A stretch of DNA of 64,000 nt, from positions 1,056,001 to 1,120,000 of the forward strand of contig OZ241863.1 of the NCBI GenBank assembly GCA_965203055.1, in the 5' to 3' direction. The notes under the pieces are model-generated. The model had not been told where the DNA came from and did no database searches. It was given only the letters and a program-made list of their open reading frames with translations. The stretch is from Spirochaetia bacterium. Lineage in GTDB: Bacteria; Spirochaetota; Spirochaetia; SZUA-6; Bin103. Each line of letters starts with the position of its first letter. Within the stretch, counting starts at the first letter, position 1. This document shows, piece after piece, positions 29,562 through 39,431 of the stretch. The translations under genes and the position numbers were made by a program.

Positions 29562-30739
29562 CCGGCCACCGCCCGGAGCGGCGGCAACTCGCGTTGCAGC
29601 ACCTCCAGCAGGCGGGCTATGTCCGCCTCGGTGGTGGTCCATCCGACCGACACCCGAAACGCGCCGGCCGCCAACTCCGGGCGTACGCCCATGGCGCGCA
29701 GCACCGGCGAGATCGCGCTGCCGCTGGAGGCGCAGGCCGAGCCGCGCGACACGTAGACGCCGCGGTCGCTGAGCACCCGCACCAGCACCTCCGCCGGCAC
29801 CCCGGGCGCCGCCAGGCAGGTGACGTAGGGCGAGTAGCGCTCCTGCTGCCGGCGGCGCTGCGCCGGCAGCAGGAGCAGCCCCAGCCGCTCGGCGCCGGCG
29901 ATCAGTTGCTCGTGCAGGGCGCGCGCGCGGCGCAGATGGCGCTCGGCCGCGGGCGCCAGGGCCGCCGCCTGGCGGGCGAACGCGGTGAAGCCGGCGACGT
30001 TTTCGGTGCCCGGGCGGCGCCCGCCCTCCTGCCCGCCGCCGCGGCCCAGCGGCTCGAACGGCGTGGCGGCGCGCAGCCACAGGGCGCCGACCCCGACCGG
30101 CCCGCCCAGCTTGTGGGCGCTGAACGCGGCGCTGTCCGCGGCGGTCAACGGCAGCCGCAGGCCGCGGCACAGCGCCTGCACCGCGTCGGTGTGGAAGTGG
30201 ATGCGGCGCCCGCGGCGGCGGGCATGGCCGCGCACCAGCTCCAGCGCCTGCGCCAGCGGCTGGATGGCGCCGGTTTCGTTGTTCACCGCGATGACCGCCA
30301 CCAGCCGGGTGGCGTCGTCCAGGCAGGCGGCGAGATGGTCCAGATCGATGATGCCGTCGCCGCCGACGCGCGCCTCGGCCACCGGCAAGCCGATGCGCGC
30401 CAACTGCCGCGCCGGCTCCGCCACCGCGGCGTGCTCCACCGCGGAGTGGACGATGCCGCGCCGAACCGCCGCCGGGGCGCCGAGCCGCGCCTGCGCGAGC
30501 GGCGAGTAGAGCACCAGGTGATCGGCCTCGGTAGCGCCGCCGGTGGCCACGATCTCCTCCGGCGGGCAGTCGAGCACTGCGGCGAGCTGCGCCCGCGCGG
30601 CGCCGAGCGCCTGCCGCTGGCGGCGCCCGCAGGCGTGCGCGGAAGAGGGGTTGCCGAGCCGGTAATCGGCCGCGGCCGGGGGCTGCGGCGGCGCCGAGGC
30701 CGCCCAGTCGAGATAGGTCGCGGTGGCCGCCATCGTCAT
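29558..30739 (-). CDS. Cysteine desulfurase (IscS/NifS-like), ThiI partner
   Basis: YLDWAAS, GNPSSAH, VNNETG, HTDAVQA, SAHKLGGP, SRGSAC. Confidence 0.92.
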   Translation of the reverse strand: MTMAATATYLDWAASAPPQPPAAADYRLGNPSSAHACGRRQRQALGAARAQLAAVLDCPPEEIVATGGATEADHLVLYSPLAQARLGAPAAVRRGIVHSAVEHAAVAEPARQLARIGLPVAEARVGGDGIIDLDHLAACLDDATRLVAVIAVNNETGAIQPLAQALELVRGHARRRGRRIHFHTDAVQALCRGLRLPLTAADSAAFSAHKLGGPVGVGALWLRAATPFEPLGRGGGQEGGRRPGTENVAGFTAFARQAAALAPAAERHLRRARALHEQLIAGAERLGLLLLPAQRRRQQERYSPYVTCLAAPGVPAEVLVRVLSDRGVYVSRGSACASSGSAISPVLRAMGVRPELAAGAFRVSVGWTTTEADIARLLEVLQRELPPLRAVAG

Positions 30740-32298
30740 CCGAACAGTTTTTCCCGGTTATCGATGATCCTGATGACGAAGTTGAGCACGAGGACAGCGA
30801 ACGTGACCACCGTGGTTGCTTCGGCGATCACCTCGGTGGTGACGCTCCAGCCGTGCTTCTCGGCGAGGATCGTGGAGCCCGCTTCCGGCCGGGTGCGCAG
30901 GTCGCCCCGGCTGCGCCGGTGGTCCACGTCGATCACCGTGAAGCTGGCCGCGCCGTCATCGGTCAGCCCGCCGGCGCTGCGCAGGTAGTCGCCGATGGTC
31001 TGGCCCGGGACGTGGGGCACGGCGCGCGGCGTGACCACCTCGCCGCCCAGGTAGACGTTGGCGTCGCGCAGCGGCACGTGGAGCTGGTCGCCCGCCTCCA
31101 GCGGCAGGTCGAGGCCGGGGTCGCGCGTCTCCCACAGCCGGCCCGCGTCGACCGGCAGCCGCGCGCCGCTGGCGGCGCGCAGCACCGTGCTCCGTTCCGG
31201 GCGCGCCAGCGGCGTGGGGCCGCCCACCTGGTCCAGCACCTGCAACACCGTCAGTCCGCTGCGGAACGGGATCAACAACGCGAGCTGCCCGGCCGGCAGC
31301 TCCACCGGCCCCTCGCCGGTGACCGGCTGGCCGAACAGCGCGCCCCGGACCATCACGTTGCGGCGCGGGCCGGCCGCCGCCGACACCGTTACCCGATCGC
31401 CCGCCGCCAGCCGGAAGGCGGCGCGTTCGGCGGCGGTGAGACGCAGCGCTTCCGGGACGCCGTCGCGGGCGCGGATCACCGCCACCGAGGTGGCGCCGGC
31501 GCCGGCCACGACGCCGCCGGCAAAGCCGATCAGGTCGTCGATCCCTTCGCCGGCCAGCAGCTCGAAGGCGCCGGGAAACGCTACCAGGCCATCGATCGCC
31601 ACCACCCGTTCGGCGCGCGGTATCCATATCCGATCGCCGGGCGCCAGCGGCGGGTTGGCGGCCAGCTCGCCGCGCGAGGAGAAGCGCGTCAGGTCGAGCC
31701 CCGTCACCGCGCCGCCGCGGGTCAGTTCGACGCGCCGCAGACTGGCTCCCTCCTGCGGCCCGCCGGCCGCGGTGATCAGGTCGGAGACGCGCGACAGCGG
31801 GGTCAACGTGTAGATCCCGGGGTTGGCGACTCCGCCGAAGATCACCACGTCGAACAGCGCCGGCTCGCGCAGCGCGAAGCTGGCGAACCGCACCGTCCCC
31901 AGCCCCTTGAGGCGCCGCAGCACCTCGCGCCGCACGTCGTTGAACAGCCGGCCCTCGACGGCGATCGTCCCCACGTAGGGGATCTCCAGCTCATAGTTGT
32001 CCTGCAGCACCAGGGGGTAGGTCTCGACCCGCTGGGAGCCCACCTGGACCTGCAGCTCGTAGGTGTCGCCGACCGTCATGCGGTAGCGGGTGTCGCTGAG
32101 GATGCGCTGGCGCAACGTGCGCGCGTCTCCGCTGATGGCGCCCAGCGGCATCTGCTGGCGGAATTGCGCTTCGCCGCCGGCGCCCGCGGCGGCGTCCTGG
32201 TTCTGGCCGGCGAGCGGGAGCGCGGCCGCCAGCAGCGCCGCGGCGGCCGCGGCCAGGCGCCGCGCCACGGCGGCCGGCGGATGGCGGGTCGGGGACAT
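30736..32298 (-). CDS. Polysaccharide export protein with SLBB domains
   Basis: Signal peptide; Y.MTVGD, IPYVGTI, repeated GGVANPG/AAGG SLBB units. Confidence 0.82.
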   Translation of the reverse strand: MSPTRHPPAAVARRLAAAAAALLAAALPLAGQNQDAAAGAGGEAQFRQQMPLGAISGDARTLRQRILSDTRYRMTVGDTYELQVQVGSQRVETYPLVLQDNYELEIPYVGTIAVEGRLFNDVRREVLRRLKGLGTVRFASFALREPALFDVVIFGGVANPGIYTLTPLSRVSDLITAAGGPQEGASLRRVELTRGGAVTGLDLTRFSSRGELAANPPLAPGDRIWIPRAERVVAIDGLVAFPGAFELLAGEGIDDLIGFAGGVVAGAGATSVAVIRARDGVPEALRLTAAERAAFRLAAGDRVTVSAAAGPRRNVMVRGALFGQPVTGEGPVELPAGQLALLIPFRSGLTVLQVLDQVGGPTPLARPERSTVLRAASGARLPVDAGRLWETRDPGLDLPLEAGDQLHVPLRDANVYLGGEVVTPRAVPHVPGQTIGDYLRSAGGLTDDGAASFTVIDVDHRRSRGDLRTRPEAGSTILAEKHGWSVTTEVIAEATTVVTFAVLVLNFVIRIIDNREKLFG

Positions 32299-32387
32299 CG
32301 GGCGTGATCCTACTTGCTAGCGGCGCCCTCCGGCAACGGATCTACCGGCCGCCACCGGCCGCCGCTCCCGCGGCAGGGCCGGCGCGC

Positions 32388-33503
32388 TCAGCGGTTCCGC
32401 GTCGGGTCCGCGGCGTCGCGCAAACCATCGCCTACGAAGTTGAAGCAGAGGATGGTAAGGAACACGAACAGGCCCGGGATCAGCAGCCAGGGAGACAGCG
32501 CCAAGCTGCGGATGTTCTGCGCCTGTTGCAGGAGCACGCCCCAACTGACCACCGGAGCGCGCAGTCCGACGCCGATGAAGCTGAGCGCGGTCTCGCCCAG
32601 GATCATGCCTGGTATCGCGAGGGTGAGGTGGACGATGAGGAAGCTCATGAAGCCCGGCAGCAGATGGCGCGTGATGGTGCGCAACTCGGTAGCGCCGGCG
32701 ATCCTCGCCGCCAGCACGTAGTCCTCCACCCGGATCTGCAGCAGCTTGCCGCGCACTACCCGCGCCAGCCCGGTCCACCCCACTACGGAGAGAATGATGG
32801 TGATCATGAAGTAGTTTGCGCGCGGATCCCACGCGCTGGGCACCGCCGCGGCCAGCGCCATCCACACCGGGATCGTGGGCAGCGCGCCGAGGAACTCGAT
32901 CAGACGCTGGATCAGGGTGTCCGGCGGACCTCCCAGGTAGCCCGACAGCCCGCCGAGCAGGCAGCCGATCACGAAGCTGAGCGCCACGCCTACGAGCCCG
33001 ATCGACAGCGAGACCCGGGCCCCGGCCAGCGTGCGCGAGAACAGGTCGCGGCCCAGCCGGTCGGTCCCGAACAGGAACAGCGTGCCCGGTTCGTCCACGC
33101 TCACGAAGCGCAGCGTGGAGCGAAACAGCCCCAGCAGGCGGTAGGGGGCGCCCGGCCTGAAGAAGCGGAGCGGATAGAGGGTCGCGCCATCCTCGACGTA
33201 GCTCCGGCGGTAGGTCTCGGGGTCGCGCGCAATCTCCAGTCCGTAGACGAAGGGCCGCCGCAGCCTGCCGTCGTGGAACAGCCGGATCCGCTGCGGCGCC
33301 GCCAGCGAATGGTCCGGGAAGCGCCGCAGCGTGTCGTAGGTGGAGAAGAAGCCGGTGAACAGGAAGCCGACCAGGTAGAACAGCAGCAGCACGCTGCCAC
33401 CGGCGAGCGCCAACCTGTGCTTGAAGAAGTTGCGCCGCAGCAGCGTCCAACTGGAGGCCGCGTAGTAGCGCTCCTCGTCCCGGGTCCGGCGCCGCCGGAT
33501 CAC
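32388..33503 (-). CDS. Peptide/oligosaccharide ABC permease (OppC-like)
   Basis: FGTDRLGRDLFSR, EDYVLAARIAGA, SWGVLL, DGLRDAADP; GTGA overlap. Confidence 0.92.
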   Translation of the reverse strand: MIRRRRTRDEERYYAASSWTLLRRNFFKHRLALAGGSVLLLFYLVGFLFTGFFSTYDTLRRFPDHSLAAPQRIRLFHDGRLRRPFVYGLEIARDPETYRRSYVEDGATLYPLRFFRPGAPYRLLGLFRSTLRFVSVDEPGTLFLFGTDRLGRDLFSRTLAGARVSLSIGLVGVALSFVIGCLLGGLSGYLGGPPDTLIQRLIEFLGALPTIPVWMALAAAVPSAWDPRANYFMITIILSVVGWTGLARVVRGKLLQIRVEDYVLAARIAGATELRTITRHLLPGFMSFLIVHLTLAIPGMILGETALSFIGVGLRAPVVSWGVLLQQAQNIRSLALSPWLLIPGLFVFLTILCFNFVGDGLRDAADPTRNR

Positions 33504-34498
33504 GCGGTCGGCTCCCGCCCGAACCGAATGCGGGGATCGACCGCCACCAGCAACAGGTCCGATATCAGGAAGCCGATCACGGCGAGGGCGCCCAACAGCA
33601 TCACCAAGCTGCCGGCGAGGTACATGTCCTGCGACAGCTGCGCCTCCAGCAGCAGCGGCCCGACGGTCGGCAGTCCGACCACGATGGCGGTGAGCACGTC
33701 CGCCGAGATCAGATCGCGCAGCAGGCCCCCGGCGGAGCTCACCAGCGGGTTGATCGCGATGCGCAGCGGATACTTGAACAGCAGCCGGCCCTCGTCCAGC
33801 CCCTTGGCGCGCCCGGTCAGCACGTACTGCCGGCGCAGCTCGTCGAGCAGCGCCGCGCGCATCACGCGAATCACCCCGGCCGTCCCCGCGGTGCCGACCA
33901 CGATCAACGGAATCGACAGATGCTTGAGGAGGTCGAGGAGCTTGGCCGGGCTCCACGGCCCGAATTCGAACTCGGGCGAGAACAGACCGCCGACGCTCCA
34001 GCCGAGGTACCTGTAGGCCACGAACATCAGGACCAGCGCGAGCAGGAAGTTCGGCATCGCCAGGCCGATGAATCCGAACACGGTGAAGGCGTAGTCGGTA
34101 AACGAGTATTGATGCGTCGCGGAGTAGATGCCGATCGGTATGGCCAGCGCGTAGACCAGCAGCAGCGTCAGCGTCGTAAGGGTGAGCGTGAGCGCCAGGC
34201 GCCGGCCGATCAGTTGCGTGACCGGCTGGTTGTGGGCCAGTGAATCGCCCAGGTCGCCGCGCGCCAGGTTGCGCATCCAGAGGCCGTAGCGGTTGAGGAA
34301 CGGGAGCTTCAGGCCGTAGCGTTCCTCCAGCGTCCTGATCTCCTCCAGGTCCACCTGCACGCCGGCGGTGCGGAGTCGCTGAATCAGATGGTCGAGGTAG
34401 TTCCCCGGCGGCAGCTCGATGAGCGCGAAGCTGAAGAAGGAGAGCGCGAGCAACAGCGCCGCCATGTACAGCACCCGCCTGATGACATAGCTCAGCAT
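33500..34498 (-). CDS. Peptide/oligosaccharide ABC permease (OppB-like)
   Basis: MLSYVIRR, RGDLGDSL, YVLTGRAKGL, VDPRIR. Confidence 0.92.
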   Translation of the reverse strand: MLSYVIRRVLYMAALLLALSFFSFALIELPPGNYLDHLIQRLRTAGVQVDLEEIRTLEERYGLKLPFLNRYGLWMRNLARGDLGDSLAHNQPVTQLIGRRLALTLTLTTLTLLLVYALAIPIGIYSATHQYSFTDYAFTVFGFIGLAMPNFLLALVLMFVAYRYLGWSVGGLFSPEFEFGPWSPAKLLDLLKHLSIPLIVVGTAGTAGVIRVMRAALLDELRRQYVLTGRAKGLDEGRLLFKYPLRIAINPLVSSAGGLLRDLISADVLTAIVVGLPTVGPLLLEAQLSQDMYLAGSLVMLLGALAVIGFLISDLLLVAVDPRIRFGREPTA

Positions 34499-34527
34499 CT
34501 CCTGAGGGCCGGCGCCTCCGCCGCGCG

Positions 34528-36522
34528 TTACTCCCTGATGAACAGCTTGTCAGCCGAAGTAAGCAGATCTCCCGGCCAGATCGCCTCCGGTTTGTAGAAC
34601 GTCGGGTAGTTGGCGAGGCGGTTCTTGTAGATGCCCAGGGTAGGCAGAACCCCCACCGACCCGATCAGGAACAGGTGCTCGGCGTGGAGGTCGAATACCT
34701 TCTGGAATGCCTCCACGTACTCCGGGGATCCGTAGGCGCTGGTGCCCCAGGCGAGGACGGCGTCGTCCATCTCCCGCACCACCGGCGGCGGTTCTTCGCC
34801 CGGAATCTTGCCGTCGGCGAAGTCGTCCAGGGTCTTGGCGCCGCTCGCCAGGTCGCGCTCGGCCCTGATGTACGTGCCCCACTGGACGGCGTAGAAGCCG
34901 GAGTCGTACTCGGTCGCCTTGGCGGCGTCGGTGTACTCGCGGAACTCGGCCGAGCTGATGGTGTTGGTCAAGATGTTGTCGGTCCCGGCGTTGTGGCGCT
35001 GAAACAGATCGCCGCGGAACCGGATCTCGGTCTTCAGACCGACTGCCTCGAAGTGTTCCTTGTACAGCTCCAGCACCGGTACGTCGCCCTCGTTGTTGTG
35101 CTCCAGGAGCTGCAGGAACGGCGCGCCGTCCGGCTTGACGCGGAATCCGTCGCGGTCGCGCTCGGTCAACCCGATCTCGTCCAGCAGCGCGGCCGCCCGC
35201 TCGGGGTCGTGTTGCGCGTAGGCCTGCTCCCACTCCGGCTTGAACCAGGAACTGGTCGAGACGATCGTGGCCGAGCGCGGGGTGCCGACGCCGAAGAACA
35301 CCAGCTCGTTGATCTCGGCGCGGTTCAACGCCAGCGACAGCGCCCGGCGGAAGCGCACGTCGCGGTAGATCTGGCGGGTGAACGGATCCTCGTGGAACTG
35401 ATTGGGAATCAGCACGCTCGCGCCCACCACCGGCGCCGGGATCTGCACCACCCGATACTCCCCGGCGGCCTCGTTCTCCTTGTACAGGGTGAAGTTGTCG
35501 AAGCGGGTGCCAAGCACAGCGAAGTCCGCCTCGCCGGAGATGATCTTGAGGTGGTAGGTCTCCGGTTCGACGATCTGGGCCTGGATGTGATCCACGTACG
35601 GCAGTTGGTTGCCCGCCGCGTCCACCTTCCAGTAGTAGGGGTTGCGCTCGTAGCGCTTGCCGGTGTCGGTGCGCTCGGTGAGGATCCAGGGATGGTGCGT
35701 GGGCTGCTCCAGGTCCTGCTGCGGGGCCCAGAAGAAGTGATGGTTGAACGCTTCGTCCCAGCTCTCGAACCCCTCCTCCCTGGCCACCGCGTCAGCCTCC
35801 GGGTTGTGGTTGATATGCCACTTCTTCAGGTAATGGAAGGGGTGAAACGCCTGCCATCCGCCGCCGGGCGGGCTGGCATGCTTGGCGAGCAGCGCGGGGT
35901 AGGGCTCGTCGGTTTCGAAGCGCACGGTGTAGTCGTCGATCTTGATCGCGCGCTTGATCTGCGGAATCCAGTTCCAGGTGGTGACCTTGTCGTTCCAGTG
36001 CGCGTCTTCATACATGAACACGAAGTCGTCGGCGGTCAGCGGGTGGCCGTCCGACCACTTGACGCCCTCGCGCAGGTAGAAGGTGACGCTCATCGCGTCT
36101 TCGGCCAGTTCGGCGCGCCGCACCAGCAGCGGCTCCAACGCGTTGGTGTCGGGGTTGGCGCGTATCACGTAGCCGCCGATCTCCGTCTCGTAGCCGAGGT
36201 CGGCCCACGGGTTGATGCTGGTGTGGAACACCGTGAGGGTGCCGCCGTAGGCGCCGATCTCGTCGCCGGCGGCGAAGTAGACCAGCGCGGGTTCCAGCGG
36301 CAGGCGCTCGTCGACCGGCGGCAGCTCGCCGGCGGCCACCATCGCGGCCAGCATCGGCGCCTCGTTGTAGCGCCCCATCGTCATGTCGGCCTCGGTCTCG
36401 GCCGCAGCGCTCTCTTCGCCCTGGCCGCCCGCGGCCACGGCTGCCAACGCCGGCAGCAGCCACAGCATACCGGCACCCATGATTGTCATTGTCCGAATTG
36501 TCATTGTCCGACCACTCCGCAT
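34528..36522 (-). CDS. ABC substrate-binding protein, family 5
   Basis: EAPMLAAMVAAGELPPVDERLP, KWSDGHPLTADD, NPYYWKVD.AGNQLPY; exact start uncertain. Confidence 0.92.
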   Translation of the reverse strand: MRSGRTMTIRTMTIMGAGMLWLLPALAAVAAGGQGEESAAAETEADMTMGRYNEAPMLAAMVAAGELPPVDERLPLEPALVYFAAGDEIGAYGGTLTVFHTSINPWADLGYETEIGGYVIRANPDTNALEPLLVRRAELAEDAMSVTFYLREGVKWSDGHPLTADDFVFMYEDAHWNDKVTTWNWIPQIKRAIKIDDYTVRFETDEPYPALLAKHASPPGGGWQAFHPFHYLKKWHINHNPEADAVAREEGFESWDEAFNHHFFWAPQQDLEQPTHHPWILTERTDTGKRYERNPYYWKVDAAGNQLPYVDHIQAQIVEPETYHLKIISGEADFAVLGTRFDNFTLYKENEAAGEYRVVQIPAPVVGASVLIPNQFHEDPFTRQIYRDVRFRRALSLALNRAEINELVFFGVGTPRSATIVSTSSWFKPEWEQAYAQHDPERAAALLDEIGLTERDRDGFRVKPDGAPFLQLLEHNNEGDVPVLELYKEHFEAVGLKTEIRFRGDLFQRHNAGTDNILTNTISSAEFREYTDAAKATEYDSGFYAVQWGTYIRAERDLASGAKTLDDFADGKIPGEEPPPVVREMDDAVLAWGTSAYGSPEYVEAFQKVFDLHAEHLFLIGSVGVLPTLGIYKNRLANYPTFYKPEAIWPGDLLTSADKLFIRE

Positions 36523-36667
36523 CGCGGATACCCCCTGATCGCCTGAAGGCGCCTGAAGACGGGCCGCGGCCGCGTGTCTGCGCCGCCGCGGCGTCCCCTC
36601 GGATCACCTGCTTGCGATGACTATAGCGCCATGCGGGGGCGGCCGCAACTCGCTACAATAGGCAACC

Positions 36668-37663
36668 GTGACAGCCAACCCGCACCCCGACGCCGCCCGC
36701 CAGATGGCCGCGGCCTGCTCCGACCTGCTGGAGAGCCTGGACGGCGCGCAACGCGCGCGCGCCTGCTATCCCTACCTCGACGGCGAACGCCTGTTCTGGT
36801 ACTACCCGCCGTTGAACCGCCACGGACTGCCGCTGCTGGCCATGAGCGATGAGCAACAGCGGCTGGCGAAGCGGATCCTGGAGGCGGGGCTCTCCGAGAG
36901 CGGGTACGAGCAGGCGTGCGCGATCATCGACCACGAGCTGATCCTCGGCGAGCAGGAACGCGCCGCGGGACAGGTGCACTGGGCGCGCGACCCCGGGCGC
37001 TACTACTTCACCATCTTCGGCGACCCGCGCGGCGCCGACCCGTGGGGATGGCGCGCGGAGGGGCACCACCTGTCGCTCCACTTCAGCGTGTGGGGGCAGC
37101 GGGTAATCTCCACCACGCCGTTCTTCTTCGGCGCCAACCCGGCGGAAGTGCGCCACGGCCCCCGGCGCGGCCTGCGCATCCTGGCGCGGCGCGAAGACCT
37201 GGCCTTCGAGCTGATGGAGAGCCTCGACCGCGGCCAGCAGGCGAAGGCGATCATCTACGATCGGGCGCCGTATGACATTCTGACCTACAACAGCACCCGG
37301 GCGGTGCTGCCGCGTGAGGAGGGGCTGCCGGCGCAGCGCCTCGACGCCGCCCAGCAGGCGTTGCTCACCGCCCTGGTGGAGACCTACGTCGCGCAGGTGC
37401 GCAGCGACCTCGCCCGCCACAAGCTGGAGCATCTGCGGCGCGCCGGGATCGGGCATCTGCATCTGGCCTGGGCCGGCCCGGTGGCGCGCCGGGCCGGGGC
37501 CGGGGCAGGGCACTACTACCGCATCCACGGCGGCAACTTCCTGGTGGAGTTCGACAACTGCCAGGATCAGGCCAACCACGTGCACTCGGTGTGGCGCGAC
37601 CTGGAGAACGACTTCGCGCAGGACGTGCTGCGCGACCACCTGCTGCTGTACCACGCCCACTGA
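36668..37663 (+). CDS. DUF3500 domain-containing protein
   Basis: YYFTIFGDP, WGWRAEGHHLSL, TPFFFGANP, YYRIHG, ANHVHSVWRD. Confidence 0.85.
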   Translation: MTANPHPDAARQMAAACSDLLESLDGAQRARACYPYLDGERLFWYYPPLNRHGLPLLAMSDEQQRLAKRILEAGLSESGYEQACAIIDHELILGEQERAAGQVHWARDPGRYYFTIFGDPRGADPWGWRAEGHHLSLHFSVWGQRVISTTPFFFGANPAEVRHGPRRGLRILARREDLAFELMESLDRGQQAKAIIYDRAPYDILTYNSTRAVLPREEGLPAQRLDAAQQALLTALVETYVAQVRSDLARHKLEHLRRAGIGHLHLAWAGPVARRAGAGAGHYYRIHGGNFLVEFDNCQDQANHVHSVWRDLENDFAQDVLRDHLLLYHAH

Positions 37664-37696
37664 CCGGCGGCGCCGGCGCCGCGCTCGGCGCCGCGC

Positions 37697-38491
37697 TCAG
37701 CGGCGGCCGGCCGGCGGCGGGAGGCGCTGCCGCGGATCCTGGCGGTAGAATGCCCGGAGCTGGTCGTAGACGCCGGGGAACTGGCCGTGGAGCGCGCGCG
37801 GCTGCTCGAAGAACAGCTCGCTGGTGACGGCGAAGAACTCGGCCGGGCTTTCGGCGGCGTAGAAATCGACCGCGCCGCCGCGCCCGCGGCGTTCGTCGGC
37901 GCAGAGCCGCTCGTAGGCTTGGCCAAGCTCGCGCTGCCAGGCGCCCGGATCCATGCCGCGGTGCAGGGCCGGGCGGCCGTTCATGGCGCCGTCGAGCAGG
38001 TCCAGCTTGTGCGCGGCCTCGTGAATCACCACGTTGCAGCCGTCCCCCCAGCCCGACTCCTCGACGTCGCTCCACGACAGTACGATCGGTCCCTCGTCCC
38101 ACGCCTCGCCGGCCAGTTCCTCTTCCCACTCGCGTACCACCCCGCCGGCCTCGGTCTCCTCCAGATGCGCGGTGAATTCGCGCGGCACCAGCACGACGGT
38201 GTGCCAGCCGCGATACCAGTCGAAGCCCAGCCCGAGGATCGGCAGGCAGGCCTGGGCCGCTACCACCAGCCGGCAGGCCTCCGCGTCCTCTTTCAGGCCG
38301 CGCAGCTCGAACCGCTTGCGGCGCAGGAAGCGCCCGGCCAGCGCCTGCAGGCGGGCGTCCTCCGCGGGAGTGAGCCCGGCCAGAATCGGATGCTGCTCGC
38401 GGACCCAGCGCCACTGCGCCGCGGGCACCGCCGGGCGGCGCGGGCGCAGCCGGCGCCAGGGCCAGCGCCGCGGTGGTCGGGGCGCCGTCAC
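37697..38491 (-). CDS. MtfA-like M90 zinc metallopeptidase
   Basis: VAAQACLPIL, GEAW, NVVIHEAAHKLD, EFFAVTSELFF. Confidence 0.9.
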   Translation of the reverse strand: MTAPRPPRRWPWRRLRPRRPAVPAAQWRWVREQHPILAGLTPAEDARLQALAGRFLRRKRFELRGLKEDAEACRLVVAAQACLPILGLGFDWYRGWHTVVLVPREFTAHLEETEAGGVVREWEEELAGEAWDEGPIVLSWSDVEESGWGDGCNVVIHEAAHKLDLLDGAMNGRPALHRGMDPGAWQRELGQAYERLCADERRGRGGAVDFYAAESPAEFFAVTSELFFEQPRALHGQFPGVYDQLRAFYRQDPRQRLPPPAGRR

Positions 38492-38501
38492 CGGCTGCGC
38501 C

Positions 38502-39431
38502 TCACCGCGCGCCGCGGCGCAGCGCGTAGCGGCGTTCGGCGTAGGCGGCGTCCTCCACCCACAGGCGGCGCGCCGCGGCCTGCATGCGGCCGCGTACCAG
38601 GCGCGCGGCGCGCCGCGCCAGCCGGAATCCGAACCGGTCGGACCAGGCCAGGGTCGCTTCGATGATGGCGCAGATTCCGGGCCGTACCGGCGTGGCGTGG
38701 GTCTCCACCACCGAGCCGGCGCCTTCGCCGTCGATGATGGTCATCACGATGGTGCGCGCGTCGGGGCAGTGGAAGCGCGCGTCCACCTCCACCCCCAGGC
38801 GCCGGGCGGCGCGGAACAGCACCCGCACCGTGATGCTGTCCGGCTGCTGCTCGATCACCTGCAGGCGGCCGAAGGAGTGGGCGTGAAAGTGGGTGCCGTG
38901 CCACGGATCGAGGCGGTTGGCGAGCACGTCTTGCGGTTCGCAGCGCGCCTCCATGCGGATCACCGCGTCGAGGAAGCTGGCGGGGCGGGCGCAGAGGTAG
39001 GGCGCCGGCGACGGCGCCTCGCCGGCGAGCCGCACCCAGAGCAGCACGCCGTCGTCGTGACTCGGCAGCGGGCGCCAGCCGCGGTGGCCGGCCGGCCCCA
39101 GCGCCAGGCCGTGCCACGGGCACACCACGCAGCCGTCGCGCAGCGCGCCGTCGGCCAGCGACGCCCCCAGATGGGGACAGGCGTTGGGGGCCACCAGGAG
39201 GCCCTCGGCGCCGCGCCACACCACCAGCTCGCGGCCGTCGATCCAGTAGCGGCGCGGGCGGTCGCCGATGGCGCGCGCCGCGTCGATCACGTGCCAGCCG
39301 CCGGACGGAAGCTGCAGGGCGCGGCGCAGCGCCTGTCCGATCCAGCGCGGATCGGACTGCTGCCAGTCCGGCTGCCGGGACTGCGCCGGCGCGCGGCGCG
39401 CCGGCGGGCGCCCGAAGCGGAAGCCGTTCAC
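38502..39431 (-). CDS. Rieske [2Fe-2S] DUF5914-like protein (CrtV-like partner in aromatic carotenoid clusters)
   Basis: ACPHLGA...CPWHG; ANRLDPWHG; RRLWVEDAAYAERRY. Confidence 0.8.
   Translation of the reverse strand: MNGFRFGRPPARRAPAQSRQPDWQQSDPRWIGQALRRALQLPSGGWHVIDAARAIGDRPRRYWIDGRELVVWRGAEGLLVAPNACPHLGASLADGALRDGCVVCPWHGLALGPAGHRGWRPLPSHDDGVLLWVRLAGEAPSPAPYLCARPASFLDAVIRMEARCEPQDVLANRLDPWHGTHFHAHSFGRLQVIEQQPDSITVRVLFRAARRLGVEVDARFHCPDARTIVMTIIDGEGAGSVVETHATPVRPGICAIIEATLAWSDRFGFRLARRAARLVRGRMQAAARRLWVEDAAYAERRYALRRGAR

Noticed and set aside
36482..36511. Perfect 15-bp tandem duplication at the SBP start, and 9-bp repeats at about 49637-49661
   Set aside because: Short in-frame slippage duplications in signal regions with no sign of function.
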